NCBI GenBank assembly: GCA_010015805.1
Contig: ML978122.1
Span: forward strand, 1,398,453 to 1,462,452
Reading direction: 5' to 3'
Origin: Rhizodiscina lignyota
Lineage: Eukaryota
Length of the DNA stretch: 64,000 nucleotides
Program-made: the position numbers and the translations under genes
Part shown: in pieces, positions 50,523 through 62,207 of the stretch
Numbering within the stretch: the stretch's first letter is position 1
Layout: each line of letters starts with the position of its first letter
The notes under the pieces: model-generated
Told to the model about the DNA's origin: nothing
The model's input: the letters and a program-made list of their open reading frames with translations, nothing else
Databases searched by the model: none

Positions 50523-53500
50523 CTATCCCCAAGTACCGCCACCACCCCTGCCCTGCCTCCTCTGCGCACTCAACCTCCAATCATCCTCGCCAGCGAACTT
50601 GTTGTGCAGCGGCTGGATCCTCTCCGCCCTCTTCCTCTTGCTCAGCCTATCCGTCGGCGCGACCTTGAAGAACGTCGGCGCCGCCTCGACCAACCATTTC
50701 GGCTCGATAGCCGTGACGTTGTGCATGTACTCCTTCGTCGTCTCAACCAGGGAGTGGTATATGACGTGCTCCGCCGGCTTCCCGAACAATGCGGACGCAG
50801 GATGCATGTACACAGGCGTGCCCTCGACAAGCGTTTTGTATCCTTCCTGCGGGTCTTTGCGCGCAGCGTTGCGGAAGAAGCCGGAGCAGAGCGCCTGACG
50901 GACTTTCATAGTGTTGCGGCCGCAGGAGACGAGGTGCAGCTTGTGGCGGTTGAGGATGGTTACCAGCTGCTCTCGCACATCCTTCACACGCTTCATGGCG
51001 CGCGGCTGGATGAAGTTATCGTAGCACCACGGATCTGAGAACTTGGAGCTCTTCCAGCCATTGTACACGTTCAGGAGTGTCAGGTGGTCGCCGTGCGGAT
51101 CGTGAAACTTGGCCTTCTTCTGGTCGGCTTGCTGCTGCTTCTCTTTGGGCCGATGGAACACGGTCTGGGTGGCGGAGATCATAGCGACAATCGTCAAGAG
51201 CTCCTCAGAGCATTCCATCTGCGCAGAGATGATTAGTGATTTCGCCAATCCAGGGTCCATTGGGAAGTCGGCCATTTGACGACCGAGACGCGTGAGCAGG
51301 CCCTCATCGTCGAGTGCTGACAAGGCGTACAGCTCTTCCAACGCAGTAAGCATAGTATTTGTGGGTGGTGGGTCCATGAAGTCGAAGTGGAGGAGGTCAT
51401 TAATGCCCATAGCTTTGAGCATGAGAATGGTGTTTGAAAGATTCTGGCGTTGAATTTCCGGAATGGTTGTAGGCAGCATCTCCGACTGGAACGCACCCTC
51501 TGTATACAGCCGAAAGCATTTGCCTGGACCCGTCCTTCCAGCTCGTCCAGCTCGCTGCTTAGCCTGCGCCTGTGAGATAGGAGTCACCTGCAACCTATCC
51601 ATGCCAAGCTTCGCATCGTATGCAGTCTGCTTGACAAATCCAGGATCCACAACGTAGTAGATACCATCGATAGTGATTGATGTCTCTGCAATGTTTGTTG
51701 CAATGACGCATTTCCGGCTCCCCGGACGGGCTGGTTCGAAGATTCGGCTGGCAACCTCGCTGGGCAAAGCTCCGTAGATTGGTAGAATGTCCAGTTCCGG
51801 CACACTCGGCCCCAGCGCCTTCATTCGCTCGGTCAGTATCTCGCAACTGGTGTCGATTTCCTCTTTTCCTGTTAAGAAGACCAAAATGTCTCCTGCCGCC
51901 TCCATGAGGTGGATCTGCATGACCGCATTTAAGGCTGCGTCCAGGTAGTCTGGTTCAGGATCTGCGGCGTGCATGATTGTAACGGGAAACGTGCGTCCAG
52001 GGATTGAAAAGATCGGACATTTATTGAAGTACTCCGAAAACTTCTCGGCGTCCAACGTGGCCGAGGTGACGATGAGCTTCAAGTCCGGCCTTCGCTTTAA
52101 GGCCTTCTTGATCAGACCGAAGAGTACATCCGTGGCTATCGTCCGTTCGTGAGCTTCATCAAGCATTATGACCGAATACTTGCTCAGGAAAGGATCGAGC
52201 AAGATCTCTCGCTGCATTATGCCGTCCGTCATGTACTTGATCTTAGTGTCTGGACTAGTACAATCTTCGAATCTAATGGTGTATCCAACTTCGTGCCCTA
52301 GCCTGGAGCCGACCTCTTCGGAGACACGTTTCGCTACGGACATGGCAGCGACACGACGAGGCTGTGTGCAACCTATCATGCCTTCATTGGCAAAACCGCC
52401 CTCTGCTAGATACTGAGGGAGCTGTGTTGTTTTGCCGGAGCCTGTATCACCGACGACGATCAATAATTGATTCGCACGAACGGCATCGAGAAGTTGCTTG
52501 CGGAACCTGAAGACCGGTAGACTCTCTCTCTGCTGCTTTATGGTCATCGATGTTCGCTTGCCAAGAACCGCAGGTTTGCCTTGCTGAATCTGCTTCCACT
52601 CCGGGACAGGTTCGTTGGAGCTATTCGCAGGACGCCCGCTGCGAAGCTCACTGGCAAATTTACGCTCCTCCGGTGCGACCATGGGATCTTGCCATTGAGC
52701 GTTGAGATCGACTTCCGCAGCCTTTTGCGCGGCTTTGTCATTCTGCTCTTGCTGACGCATATCTCGCCTTTCCTTTGCAAGACCCTCTCCTGCCATCGCA
52801 GCTCGGTTCATGGAGCCGTCTGGGGCCTTGACGACTCTGATTGGCGATAATTCCAAAGACTGCTTAGTTTGTCCAGCTAAGAACGGTGGTTCTTCTTCCC
52901 TCACTTCGATGTCGATATCTTCTTCATTTTCGATTTCGCCATTCGCATTTACAGTGTCGTTCTCATAGTTGTCGATGTCTGGGTAGTCCGCGGCGGATAC
53001 AACGCCAGAAGCAATAAGCTGTCTGATCTCCCAGCGCTCTGGAGACGTGAGTCGCTTTTTCCTCTTGCCGCCGCCGTACGCATCACCCTCCATGACAGGC
53101 ACCTCCGAGCCGAGGTTTCCGTAACGGCCGTCACTACCCTGTCCACCCAATCCTTCCATATTCGCCCCAGAAGCTATCCGTTTCTGCGGAGCAAGATCTT
53201 CACCTGTGGCTTGGTCCACCTCTTTCATCGATAGACTTATTCGCCCATTTTCGACCTTCATGACTTTGACCTTGACGGCTTGGTTGCGAGTAACGAGATC
53301 CGAAGGGTGGTTGACGCGTGCACCTTCTTGCATTGCTGATATGTGTACGAGGCCATCAACCCTGCGTCTGATGCCCTCCAAGTTGACAAAGACCCCAAAA
53401 TCTTTGACGCCTGTCACCCGACCATTGTATGTCTTGTATTGTATCGGTTCGTCGTCAAGTTCAGGGGTCGGGGGACGCTTAAAACGACGGTCTTCGCTGG

Positions 53501-54122
53501 GGCTTCTTCTCCGTTCATGTCGAGACTCTCGCTTTCTCTTGCGTCTCCGCTCCTTCTCGCTCTCAAAAGGACTCCGGGAGCGGGAGCGTGATTGTGACCT
53601 TCTTCGACGTCTCCTGGCCCCATATCTTTCTCCGCCATCATTCAAAGGACTTGGACTGCGCTTTCTTGACAAGCCGTTCTTGGTTCCACCGCCTGCCTTA
53701 CTAGCGAGACTCTCCAAGGCGGCAAATGTATCGTCCATGTCGTCCACTTTGTCACCTCCGTTTGCCCCCCAATCCGGCTCCTTGTCTGGGATTGCTAGAC
53801 CTGGCAATATCCTTGGCTTTTTGTCGCGACCGCGAATCTCATCCTGGCTATCAATATTCTTCCCTTGATCTTTCGCGTTTTTACCCTTGTACTTCGGGTG
53901 CATCGTGCGGACCAAACGGTCGATGCTGGTGATCAGACTGGTTTGGAAATCTCCACCCATGGCGTTCAGCTTGTCGCGAAACTCGTCTACCGACTTGCAT
54001 TTCGTATGTTGATCAATGATAAACTCGGCAAGGTTTTTCTCGTCAATGCCCAGGTAGTTGTGGAGCTCGGATGTGACCTTGGAGACCAGCGAAAGATACT
54101 CGAGATTCTCCAGGTCCTCCAT
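50523..54122 (-). CDS. PRP22: Pre-mRNA splicing DEAH-box helicase Prp22/DHX8
   Basis: LSLVSKV N-terminus, RS region, S1 domain, SPERWE, GDTGSGKTT, DEAH, SAT and QRAGRAGRTGPG. Single exon from ATG 54122. Confidence 0.97.
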   Translation of the reverse strand: MEDLENLEYLSLVSKVTSELHNYLGIDEKNLAEFIIDQHTKCKSVDEFRDKLNAMGGDFQTSLITSIDRLVRTMHPKYKGKNAKDQGKNIDSQDEIRGRDKKPRILPGLAIPDKEPDWGANGGDKVDDMDDTFAALESLASKAGGGTKNGLSRKRSPSPLNDGGERYGARRRRRRSQSRSRSRSPFESEKERRRKRKRESRHERRRSPSEDRRFKRPPTPELDDEPIQYKTYNGRVTGVKDFGVFVNLEGIRRRVDGLVHISAMQEGARVNHPSDLVTRNQAVKVKVMKVENGRISLSMKEVDQATGEDLAPQKRIASGANMEGLGGQGSDGRYGNLGSEVPVMEGDAYGGGKRKKRLTSPERWEIRQLIASGVVSAADYPDIDNYENDTVNANGEIENEEDIDIEVREEEPPFLAGQTKQSLELSPIRVVKAPDGSMNRAAMAGEGLAKERRDMRQQEQNDKAAQKAAEVDLNAQWQDPMVAPEERKFASELRSGRPANSSNEPVPEWKQIQQGKPAVLGKRTSMTIKQQRESLPVFRFRKQLLDAVRANQLLIVVGDTGSGKTTQLPQYLAEGGFANEGMIGCTQPRRVAAMSVAKRVSEEVGSRLGHEVGYTIRFEDCTSPDTKIKYMTDGIMQREILLDPFLSKYSVIMLDEAHERTIATDVLFGLIKKALKRRPDLKLIVTSATLDAEKFSEYFNKCPIFSIPGRTFPVTIMHAADPEPDYLDAALNAVMQIHLMEAAGDILVFLTGKEEIDTSCEILTERMKALGPSVPELDILPIYGALPSEVASRIFEPARPGSRKCVIATNIAETSITIDGIYYVVDPGFVKQTAYDAKLGMDRLQVTPISQAQAKQRAGRAGRTGPGKCFRLYTEGAFQSEMLPTTIPEIQRQNLSNTILMLKAMGINDLLHFDFMDPPPTNTMLTALEELYALSALDDEGLLTRLGRQMADFPMDPGLAKSLIISAQMECSEELLTIVAMISATQTVFHRPKEKQQQADQKKAKFHDPHGDHLTLLNVYNGWKSSKFSDPWCYDNFIQPRAMKRVKDVREQLVTILNRHKLHLVSCGRNTMKVRQALCSGFFRNAARKDPQEGYKTLVEGTPVYMHPASALFGKPAEHVIYHSLVETTKEYMHNVTAIEPKWLVEAAPTFFKVAPTDRLSKRKRAERIQPLHNKFAGEDDWRLSAQRRQGRGGGGTWG

Positions 54123-55173
54123 GGTGGGATAGTCGTGTTTGCCCTCAAAATGAAGTGATTTCGAGATGAGGACACAGAGGAGGTCGATGGATATCGTGAG
54201 CGCAAGACGCGCAGTAGAGGAGAGGGTTGTTTTGAAGCAGTCTGTTCTCAGTGAACGTCGCGAAGATTGAATCCGCGCAAATGCTTGGCATCTTGTGGCG
54301 GAAACTTTAAGATTTGAGTCAGCCTCAGCGTCTCCGCCATGAATGCCTGACTCGTGCACGCCCCCTATCACCACCTCATCACTTCCATTCTACTTCCATC
54401 ATTAACAAGCCCACAGCTCTCTAAGCCACAATACAGATTGATAATTACAGCGCATAGCTATTGTTGTCACTGTTTCAATTATCCTATGCTATAAGATCGT
54501 CTTCAGATCCAGCCTCTAAGTACATTCCCTAACTGTATCTGCATCTCCCAAGCTATTCAAATCCAGAGGGAGGCGCTGAGCGATAGCTGGAAAACAAAGC
54601 CACCCGTATTTAGCGCAAACCGAATGTCGCCGAAAGCTATGGTAGTCCTTTCCCCTCTCCTTCTATCGCTCTGACAGGTAGTCCTTGCAGATTTCTCTCC
54701 TCAATCAGTCTCCTCGATTCCACCTCCTGGTGCTTTTTTATGAATTTCTGAATTTGATTTAGTGAAAGTAAACTTTGCGAGAGCAGTGTCCCCTTTCCAC
54801 GAGCCCTATAATGCCTTCCGGTCTTTTGTTTGGGCTGCTACTTCATAATCCCAAGGGAAAGAAGAAATCGAATGTTGTGTAACAGTTTGCTAACTGGCTT
54901 CTCCTTCACCGGTCAACAGAAGCCTCGTTGGACACATCTATGCAAGCTCGAAGGCGGCAGGCAAGAGCTGGCTACCTCTTCCCTTTTTACTAATCCTTTC
55001 AATCTGGATTTCATTGCTGATCGCCTTCCATTTAAAGTACAGGCCTTTACTTCAAGAGTGGTCGCCTCATAGAACGCACTCCTTCAGTGGCGTTCGGTGC
55101 TTCTATACACTAACCGAGGCTTTATCTAATAAAAAATTTATGAATAAGTCTAATCAGGTAGGGCTAAATACCC

Positions 55174-56200
55174 TTATATCCATACTTTATCATTGACTCG
55201 GTTCTTCTCGAGATAGCTACGAACTTGATCCCAGTCTCGACATATATGCTTCGCATCCCAGCCATCGCTTCCTGGGAGGGTCTTATCTGGGAACGAGGTC
55301 TGCTTGCCCTCAAGCGTTGTGTCTCCACAGCACACAATGCTTTGCCGTAGATATTCAAAGCAGTGACTGCTATGCCAGTCTGCAGAGTCATCATGGGCTC
55401 GAGAACCAGTGTTGTTCGACACAAGGGACGAGAACAATTCCTCGAGTTTGTACTAAGCACATGGATTAGTCATCAGTAGAATGGGCTACTCGGCTAGTCG
55501 AACATCGCAGATTCTCGGGATGTGTTGACCGGGCACGAACTTACCAAGCAGTGAAGCTGGTGTGTGACGGACGTCGTGAAGACCGGGACGTCGTACTCTG
55601 GTAGCGGCGTTGGTAGGTTATCATAATCCTCCGGGTTGTCGACTCGCACATATCCAAGACCCTCTATTGTGTCTTGTCTCAGCACTCTCACTGTTTTGCA
55701 ACCCAAGCACACAGGAAACTCACTCGGTACCAAGTCCAGCCATTTCTGTCGCACGCGGTTCGTGAACCAGTCAGCTGGATCGTCCGGAGTAAAGGACGAA
55801 TCGTATGCAAATGTCCTAATCTGCCGTCGGACTACACGCGTCCTTGGAATAAGTACTTGCTATGACGGAACGGGCCTAAATTGTAGAGGGCATCGTTGGG
55901 CGACGTACTGGTTGGTGCAAATCCTGTGATATCTCCAGAGCTCTCTAACCGCCCTCGACCGTCGCCATATCTTGATGTCACAAGAAAGGCTAAGATGGCG
56001 AGGAGGAGAACAGTATTCAGGGCATGCCTGAGTGACAAAATGATCGAGCAGACTTGTCGGGTCCTCTTCGAGCCAGTTGGTTTCTTCTGTAGTCTATGGA
56101 GTTGATCTTCTTCATCTCCACTCCAGCTGCTCCTTGTCATGAGGGGCTTGCTATCGTCGCCGTTGAAGGCCAAAGTTTCATGGCTTCCGTCTGGAGTCAT
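55174..56200 (-). CDS. DUF3328/UstYa-family oxidase #1 (4 exons)
   Basis: N-terminal TM anchor; W-LVP-KGLGYV; SVTHQLHCL; WHSSHCFEYLRQSIVCCGDTTLEG; GWDAKHICRDW. Confidence 0.93.
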
Positions 56201-56807
56201 CTCTTCGGTGAAGGCTAGTAATAATGGAACGGGTTACGATGTAAAGACTCGGCATTCGTTCACCTAAGCAGCGAGCAACCAAGGATACACAATCCTAATA
56301 CCAAGACAATTGGTAGTGTCGGCATTTACGAGGGAGACCCGCAAGATGATTGAGCCACATGTGCTTCTCCCGCGCGAGAGGAGAAGGTGACATGAACCAT
56401 GTTTTTTCCTGCAAGGTGCTTAACGTGCATTTAGTTCTCACGTACATTGTAGATCTGGCTGGGCGTGGGTACAACTCCGGCTGCGCATCTAACGTGGGGT
56501 TGGACGAGGGTAGGGGAGGTTGGAAGGGGTTGGATGGGGTCTGAAAAGACTTGGCAATGCAGTTGGGAAGTCTACTCCGTATATGGTAGATGCTTTACTG
56601 TATATGGTATCCATGTCAGCAACCCATGCCGGTGATCTGACTCGCACCCGCAACCAGCTCATCTGCTTGGCAAGAGGCGAGTAGACACAGCTTGCAAGAC
56701 CGACGGGCGAATGATACTCTTGTCCGTTGCCACAGGGCCTCTGTGACCACTTCTATGGTAGATCTTATCAAGTTTCGGGCATATGTACATTTGTAATTCC
56801 CCCAGCG

Positions 56808-57650
56808 TCAGCGGCGGTGAGAGTCATCCGGAAAGCCGCATCTATCAAACCCTACAGCCAATTTCGTAATGTTTGAGGGAATGGAATGCTCGGTCAAGTA
56901 CCCTGCGCAATGCACCGAGTGTCCGTACGAAAACAGTGACTGCACAATGGGCTTGCCGCTCGTCCACGCCTTCATCTGCATCTCCCATAGGTACGCGCAG
57001 TGCGCATAGTGAAAATCCAGCCGTACCACCGCGGCCGCGTGCTCTCCGCGTCTGAACTCCTCGTCGGGAATTTCGCTTTCGAAGCTGATGTCGCGGAACC
57101 ACTGGTATTGGCCTTTTGAAAGGTACCTCTCCATCAGTTCTGTGTCGCGGCAGTCTTCGTGTAGCCATACAGAGAGCATGGAATCGAAGTGGCATCCTTT
57201 GGAACGGGCTTGTTCGGCATTGGAACCACAGTCTTTCCAGCTTGAGAACATTTCCGAATTTGCCTTATCGGATTCAAATTCTGGTTCATCGGTGGAATTA
57301 CTGTGGCCCTGAGGAGAACCAATTGGCGGCCTTGAGTCGTCCAAATTTGATTCTACCGCGCTGGTCGGTGTCGTTGACTCATGACTTGAAGTCGAGGTAT
57401 GTCCGAGGAAGCAATATCCAACAAATGCGAGAAGAATTGCGACCGAAGCAAGAGCAATGATGCTAGCGAAAAGCTTCCGCCATTGTTGGGCCTTTTCGAA
57501 TTTTTCATCGAACCCATTCTCGATATCCTCCTTTTCCTGCTCGTGAAGTAACTGCTGACCAGGTTCACCGTCCGGGCTAATTTGGTGGTAAGAGAGATTC
57601 AGTCCGCGCAAATTCCCCTTCATAGGAGAGAAAAGATTCAAGATGGCCAT
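56808..57650 (-). CDS. Divergent twin-HxxHC membrane-anchored protein (DUF3328-like), intronless
   Basis: TM segment FASIIALASVAILLAFVGYCFL, S/T-rich stalk, CGSNAEQARSKGCHFD...W..EDC, then HYAHC and HSVHC. An alternative upstream in-frame ATG exists at 57698. Confidence 0.8.
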   Translation of the reverse strand: MAILNLFSPMKGNLRGLNLSYHQISPDGEPGQQLLHEQEKEDIENGFDEKFEKAQQWRKLFASIIALASVAILLAFVGYCFLGHTSTSSHESTTPTSAVESNLDDSRPPIGSPQGHSNSTDEPEFESDKANSEMFSSWKDCGSNAEQARSKGCHFDSMLSVWLHEDCRDTELMERYLSKGQYQWFRDISFESEIPDEEFRRGEHAAAVVRLDFHYAHCAYLWEMQMKAWTSGKPIVQSLFSYGHSVHCAGYLTEHSIPSNITKLAVGFDRCGFPDDSHRR

Positions 57651-58231
57651 ATTGGCATAATAATGAATGTGATGTATTCTCGTGAGGCTTCTGGGCATTC
57701 CAATTGTATTGGAACTTGGAATCTGGAATTATATCGAAACCACAGAAAACAAGATGGATCGACTGTTGGAATAGACAATGAGATATCGTAATATCTATTA
57801 TCAATGCGGAGCTTTGAATACCATAGTTCCGTGACCTACTAGGATGAGAGCATGTTTATCATCCTATACAAAGCAAGAGTTCCAGGGTAGCAGTGGGGAG
57901 GTGGATGTAGAGAAAGACAAGGGGGGATGCGGGAGAAATTGGGAGGGAGGCGATTACCAAAAATCTTAGAGGGGGTTAGAATTTAGGACCCAAACTTTCA
58001 CCTATCTTAATTCGTGGTATCAAGCATTATTAGAAAGATCTTTGACAAATAAATTTAAATCATGGGGGCCAGAAAGTCTCTTCAAGCAGTTACGTTAAAT
58101 GTATATTGAATTTGGTCGCATATTGGACTTCAGCGTGTACTGAACTATCGATAATTCTAATTGAGAGTCGCGCGCCATTTGCTCAACGAATAGGCAATGA
58201 CAACCTTTTACACTCTATTTTCTATCTTCCA

Positions 58232-59488
58232 TTAAGGAATCTCGTCATAAAATACTGCTCCCTCATGTGGATGCACCTCGATTTCCTCAGGCAAGATGAC
58301 CTGTCTCCTCTCTGCGAAAGCGCGGATGTCTTCAAAGTTGCGGCACATGTGCTTGCGGTTGAAGTCCGGAAAGGGATGTGGCGGGTTGCCAACCCAAATA
58401 AATGGGTACAAACCTGTGTGCGACGTGCACATCAGGGTTTGACGAAGAGAGTCGAGGCAGTGACCTATGTTGAAGAATGTTATCAGCGACTCACGTGATA
58501 ATAAGTAGGACGATGTGGCTCTGAAAGGACGTGCGAGCTAAAAGGAAAGGGGATGTGAAAAGAGGAATGGAAAGACTGTGGACAGTACCAATATGCGTCC
58601 TGAGGCTCGGCTCAGCATTTCTAAATGGGCCCTTGCCGAGCTTGTGGTAATAGTCGGAGTTGAAGTAAAGGCTCTGGCGGAGAGTGTTCTATTATGTATG
58701 AGAATAAGGTTAGTAGGTTTTCCATAAGCCCAACGACTTTTGATCAGGTACGGTGAGATACGGTTATTGAAAGTTTGAGACTTCGTACCAAGCAGTGCAA
58801 GTCATGGACCACTTCAATTACAGCCGGGTATCCTCCACCATACTCTTCTCCAAGTCTGAAGTGGCCAGGCGAAATACCGGCTTGCTCAATGTCTTCTTTA
58901 GGGACCTGAATTTCTTCGTCTGAATAAAAGGTGAGTGAAAATCCAACATATCGGCGCTTCATCCATATATATCAAGCCATTCTGGACGTACAGTCAACAC
59001 CTAAAGCGGCCCATGCCGCATCAACTTCCGGACTTGGTGTTCTCCGATAAATCGTCTCTTTCGCAAAGGACCCGTTGAATTCGACGGAGTTGTAGGTAAT
59101 GTCTACGTCACGGAAAATCGGTGCTAGAGGAGATTGTCAGCAGGAGAAAGTAAAGTTTGAATTTTTTAATTTTTCTTTTTGCACAACAGTCTCTGTAGGA
59201 AGTGCGATGAATATAGTTGGGAAGACAAAGTAACTTACACCAATCCTGCGACGTATGAAGCGTGCAGATATGATCGAGACGGTCTTGTCGGATATGCTGT
59301 GCCAGATAGAAGGTAATGGCATTTGAGAATAGAAGGAGAATAAAAGCGCAAACTGAAAGCCTCTGGTAATACAGGATCCTCGTTTTATGCTTCAGCGTCA
59401 GACGGTCGTCTGCCAAATGTGATATTTTTTCATCATGTTCGTCTGTGCTATCTCCTAGGAAAGGTTTGCTTTCTTCAGAGACGACCAT
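58232..59488 (-). CDS. DUF3328/UstYa-family oxidase #2 (CctO/CctR-like type; about 5 exons)
   Basis: TM anchor; FNGSF...PSPEVDAAWAALG; EVVHDLHCL; LRQSLYFN; HI-GHCLDSLRQTLMC; PFPDFNRKHMCRNFEDI. Confidence 0.92.
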
Positions 59489-60007
59489 GATGTTGCAATT
59501 CCGGATTCAAATCGATGGAGGCAGTGAAGAAAGCCGGAGCAAGATGGTGTAGTGATGAATTTCAGAACAGGGAGAAAGAGCGAGCACACTACGTCAAACC
59601 CCCACCGCCATTCCTCCCCCACAGCGCTTTGCCCCAGCGCTCTTTAAACTTCCTGGCGATTGTTTCGCCGGGGCCCCTGTCGGGATCTGCTAGCCGGGCT
59701 CAGCAAGGAAGGCCAATTAGGCAAGTTTAACAGAGTGGAATCGTCAGCGCTTATTTCGACGTCTGTTGGAATGCGGGCTCTTAGCGGGTGATATAGCCCG
59801 ATAGCTCATGCCAAACGAAGCTATTGCTACATGCCACACTCTTTTGCGTGACTAAAGCAATACCGCTTTGCTCCAATTGTTCTCACAGCTTCTGGGGCCA
59901 TTTCACTTTTGTGAACGCTACATTCGCTGCCAAACGAGTTTACCTCTTCAGCTTAACCCGTTCGAATTGGAATACTATGGCTTTTTTTCTCGCAGACTAG
60001 ACATATG

Positions 60008-61140
60008 CTATGGCGACCAACTACCGTGTGTTGGTTCAACTGGTTTCCTCTGTTTTTCCTCCTCAGTGAGCTTGTGCACCCTCTCCATGGCCCACCCCTG
60101 TATCTTGTTCCAATTACGACATGTATGAGCGCGTTCAGGCTTCAGCACGGTACGATTTATCGCCTCTGACCAGTACCATGTCATAGGCGTGAGGTCGCCG
60201 TGACACTGGACGACCTGCCGAATGAAATCTAAACAGTGATCTGTCCAGCCTCATGTCAACTGAGGAGTTGACTTCATATATTCTTGTTTGGGTTCTTACC
60301 AAGATGAATCCACGTAAATTGTCTCTTCACTGGGTCGTCCGGAAAAGGATAGTACTCTCGATAAATCGCCTGTCGCATCAAGTTCTGGGTGTCCAGATTG
60401 TGTTAGCAGAAACGGTGTTGGAAAAAGATTCTCATACGAACCAGGCAATGTATACTGTGGTGCACAGTCAAGCTGCAGGACGTCAACCTCACTATTATTG
60501 AATGTGGTCGAATGGGACTATTCACCCTGTATAGTGCCTGTCTGAATCAGGCCATATATATGTAGGTGGAAGCCCCTCTGTCTCTTCTCCTTCCAGATCG
60601 ATATTGATTGCTTTTCGGGTGTCAGTGAGCAATATGGGTCTCGGATCTCTGGTACATACGTGCGACAAGTCCCTTCCAGGCGTGATCAATCGCATCACTT
60701 GGTGGCCCAACGTACTGTGGCCCTGTCGGATCGATTTTGCGCATCCACCTCCCCTCGTCGTCTGGTAATAATTCACCACTGAAGTCGATATGGACCGTCT
60801 CAATCGCGGATCTCGCGGCTGCTATACGGGGCCGTTAGCTCGTACTATCACTTCTTAACATGCCATTGAGATATCAAAAGAACTCACGAATCTCTGTTGC
60901 AAAGCCGTGCTCGTAGCTGTATTTTCCTGTGATTCCCTGCTGCCTGTACAGCAGCACCGAGAGAATCACCGTAGTGCCACCAAGAATGCAGGAAAGCACA
61001 GCTAAAAGAGCATATCCACTGCGGAAAGAGTGCGTTCGATTTGGCAATGGCTCTCTTGCGTGTGAGATCGCCTCGTCTTCGTTCTTCTCATCCAGAAGCT
61101 GGTATGTTAGTGAGCTTCGCCGCTGTGAAAAGAATGTCAT
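60008..61140 (-). CDS. DUF3328/UstYa-family oxidase #3 (about 6 exons; most exons absent from the ORF track)
   Basis: Manual splicing gives the TM anchor; [68 protein letters not shown]; TAG stop at 60008-60010. Confidence 0.9.
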
Positions 61141-62207
61141 GGTGGACTTTTGGTTTGAGAGAGGCTGGTGGCTGGCTCAGAAGAGAGGTGCCGAGAGAGA
61201 ATGGATTACGCTTGTGGAATGACCCATGTGCCGACAACTGTTGTCGTAGCGGTCTGGGTGGTGGTATCCCTTCAGCAGTCCATGCTAGGCGTGACACAGT
61301 CTGATACCTGCAGAAAGTGCCGCAGGCCATCACGTCAACTTCGCCAAGGGCGTCAGAGTGGGATGACGCATGAGGCGTGGCAATTTTTCCATAGATGGCG
61401 GTCGCCTACGGGCGTCTCTCGCGGGATGGCCACTCCTAGGGTTGGTGTATCAGAGTGGCCAGGTAATCGATGCTCGAACGGACGTCAAGGTGTCTCTGTA
61501 CCTTTCTACACCTTGGGTCCAAATATCCTAGGCTCGGAAAGGGCGCGTGCGGTACCAGGGGCGGCCGAACGGCGGATGATAGATGATCAGTGTGCAGCCC
61601 CACAAAGGTGGATGCGAAGACAGGCTTCCTGGCCGCCAGCCACTCTCGGCAGCGTCCGAATCGAAGCCATGCGGCCACGTGTGGCTACAACGAACGCCAT
61701 AGGCTGGATCCTTGTCGACTATCCCGCGCCTAGTATAAGCTTATTACAGACAGCAGTTCCTATTAAGATCTATCTTTTGTACTATAGCGCAATTATCTGA
61801 TAATAATTAATGGATTGTGGCCGATAGCCCTGCCTCTGTTCCCCACGCCCGTGTGCGTTGACCAACTCTAAATCCACTTCCCGGATCCGTATGTTGTTGT
61901 CTTGTAGCAATGATCGATCTCGGTACATTCTCACTTCCATCAGTTATATGTGAAACAACTCTATCCACGAAAATAGCCCCAGTGAATTGTGTTTCCGTGA
62001 ACAATTTGCTAACTCCGTCTCTGCAATGTGGGTCGAACTTCGTCAAGGGCTTGGCTTCTCTCGATCTTCTTTGCTTCTGTCCTACTACAACAGGGAAACG
62101 CTAAATCGAACGACTAAAATCTCATCGATGTTCTCAAATATCTAATGCATTGCGTATTACTTCGTAGGTAATGCTAACTAACTGAATCAGGCACTGCTGT
62201 TGTCGCT

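Noticed and set aside
61168..61800. 210-aa ORF inside the RiPP cluster
   Set aside because: Non-ATG start, Arg/Trp-rich random-looking composition, and it overlaps the presumed promoter of DUF3328 #3.
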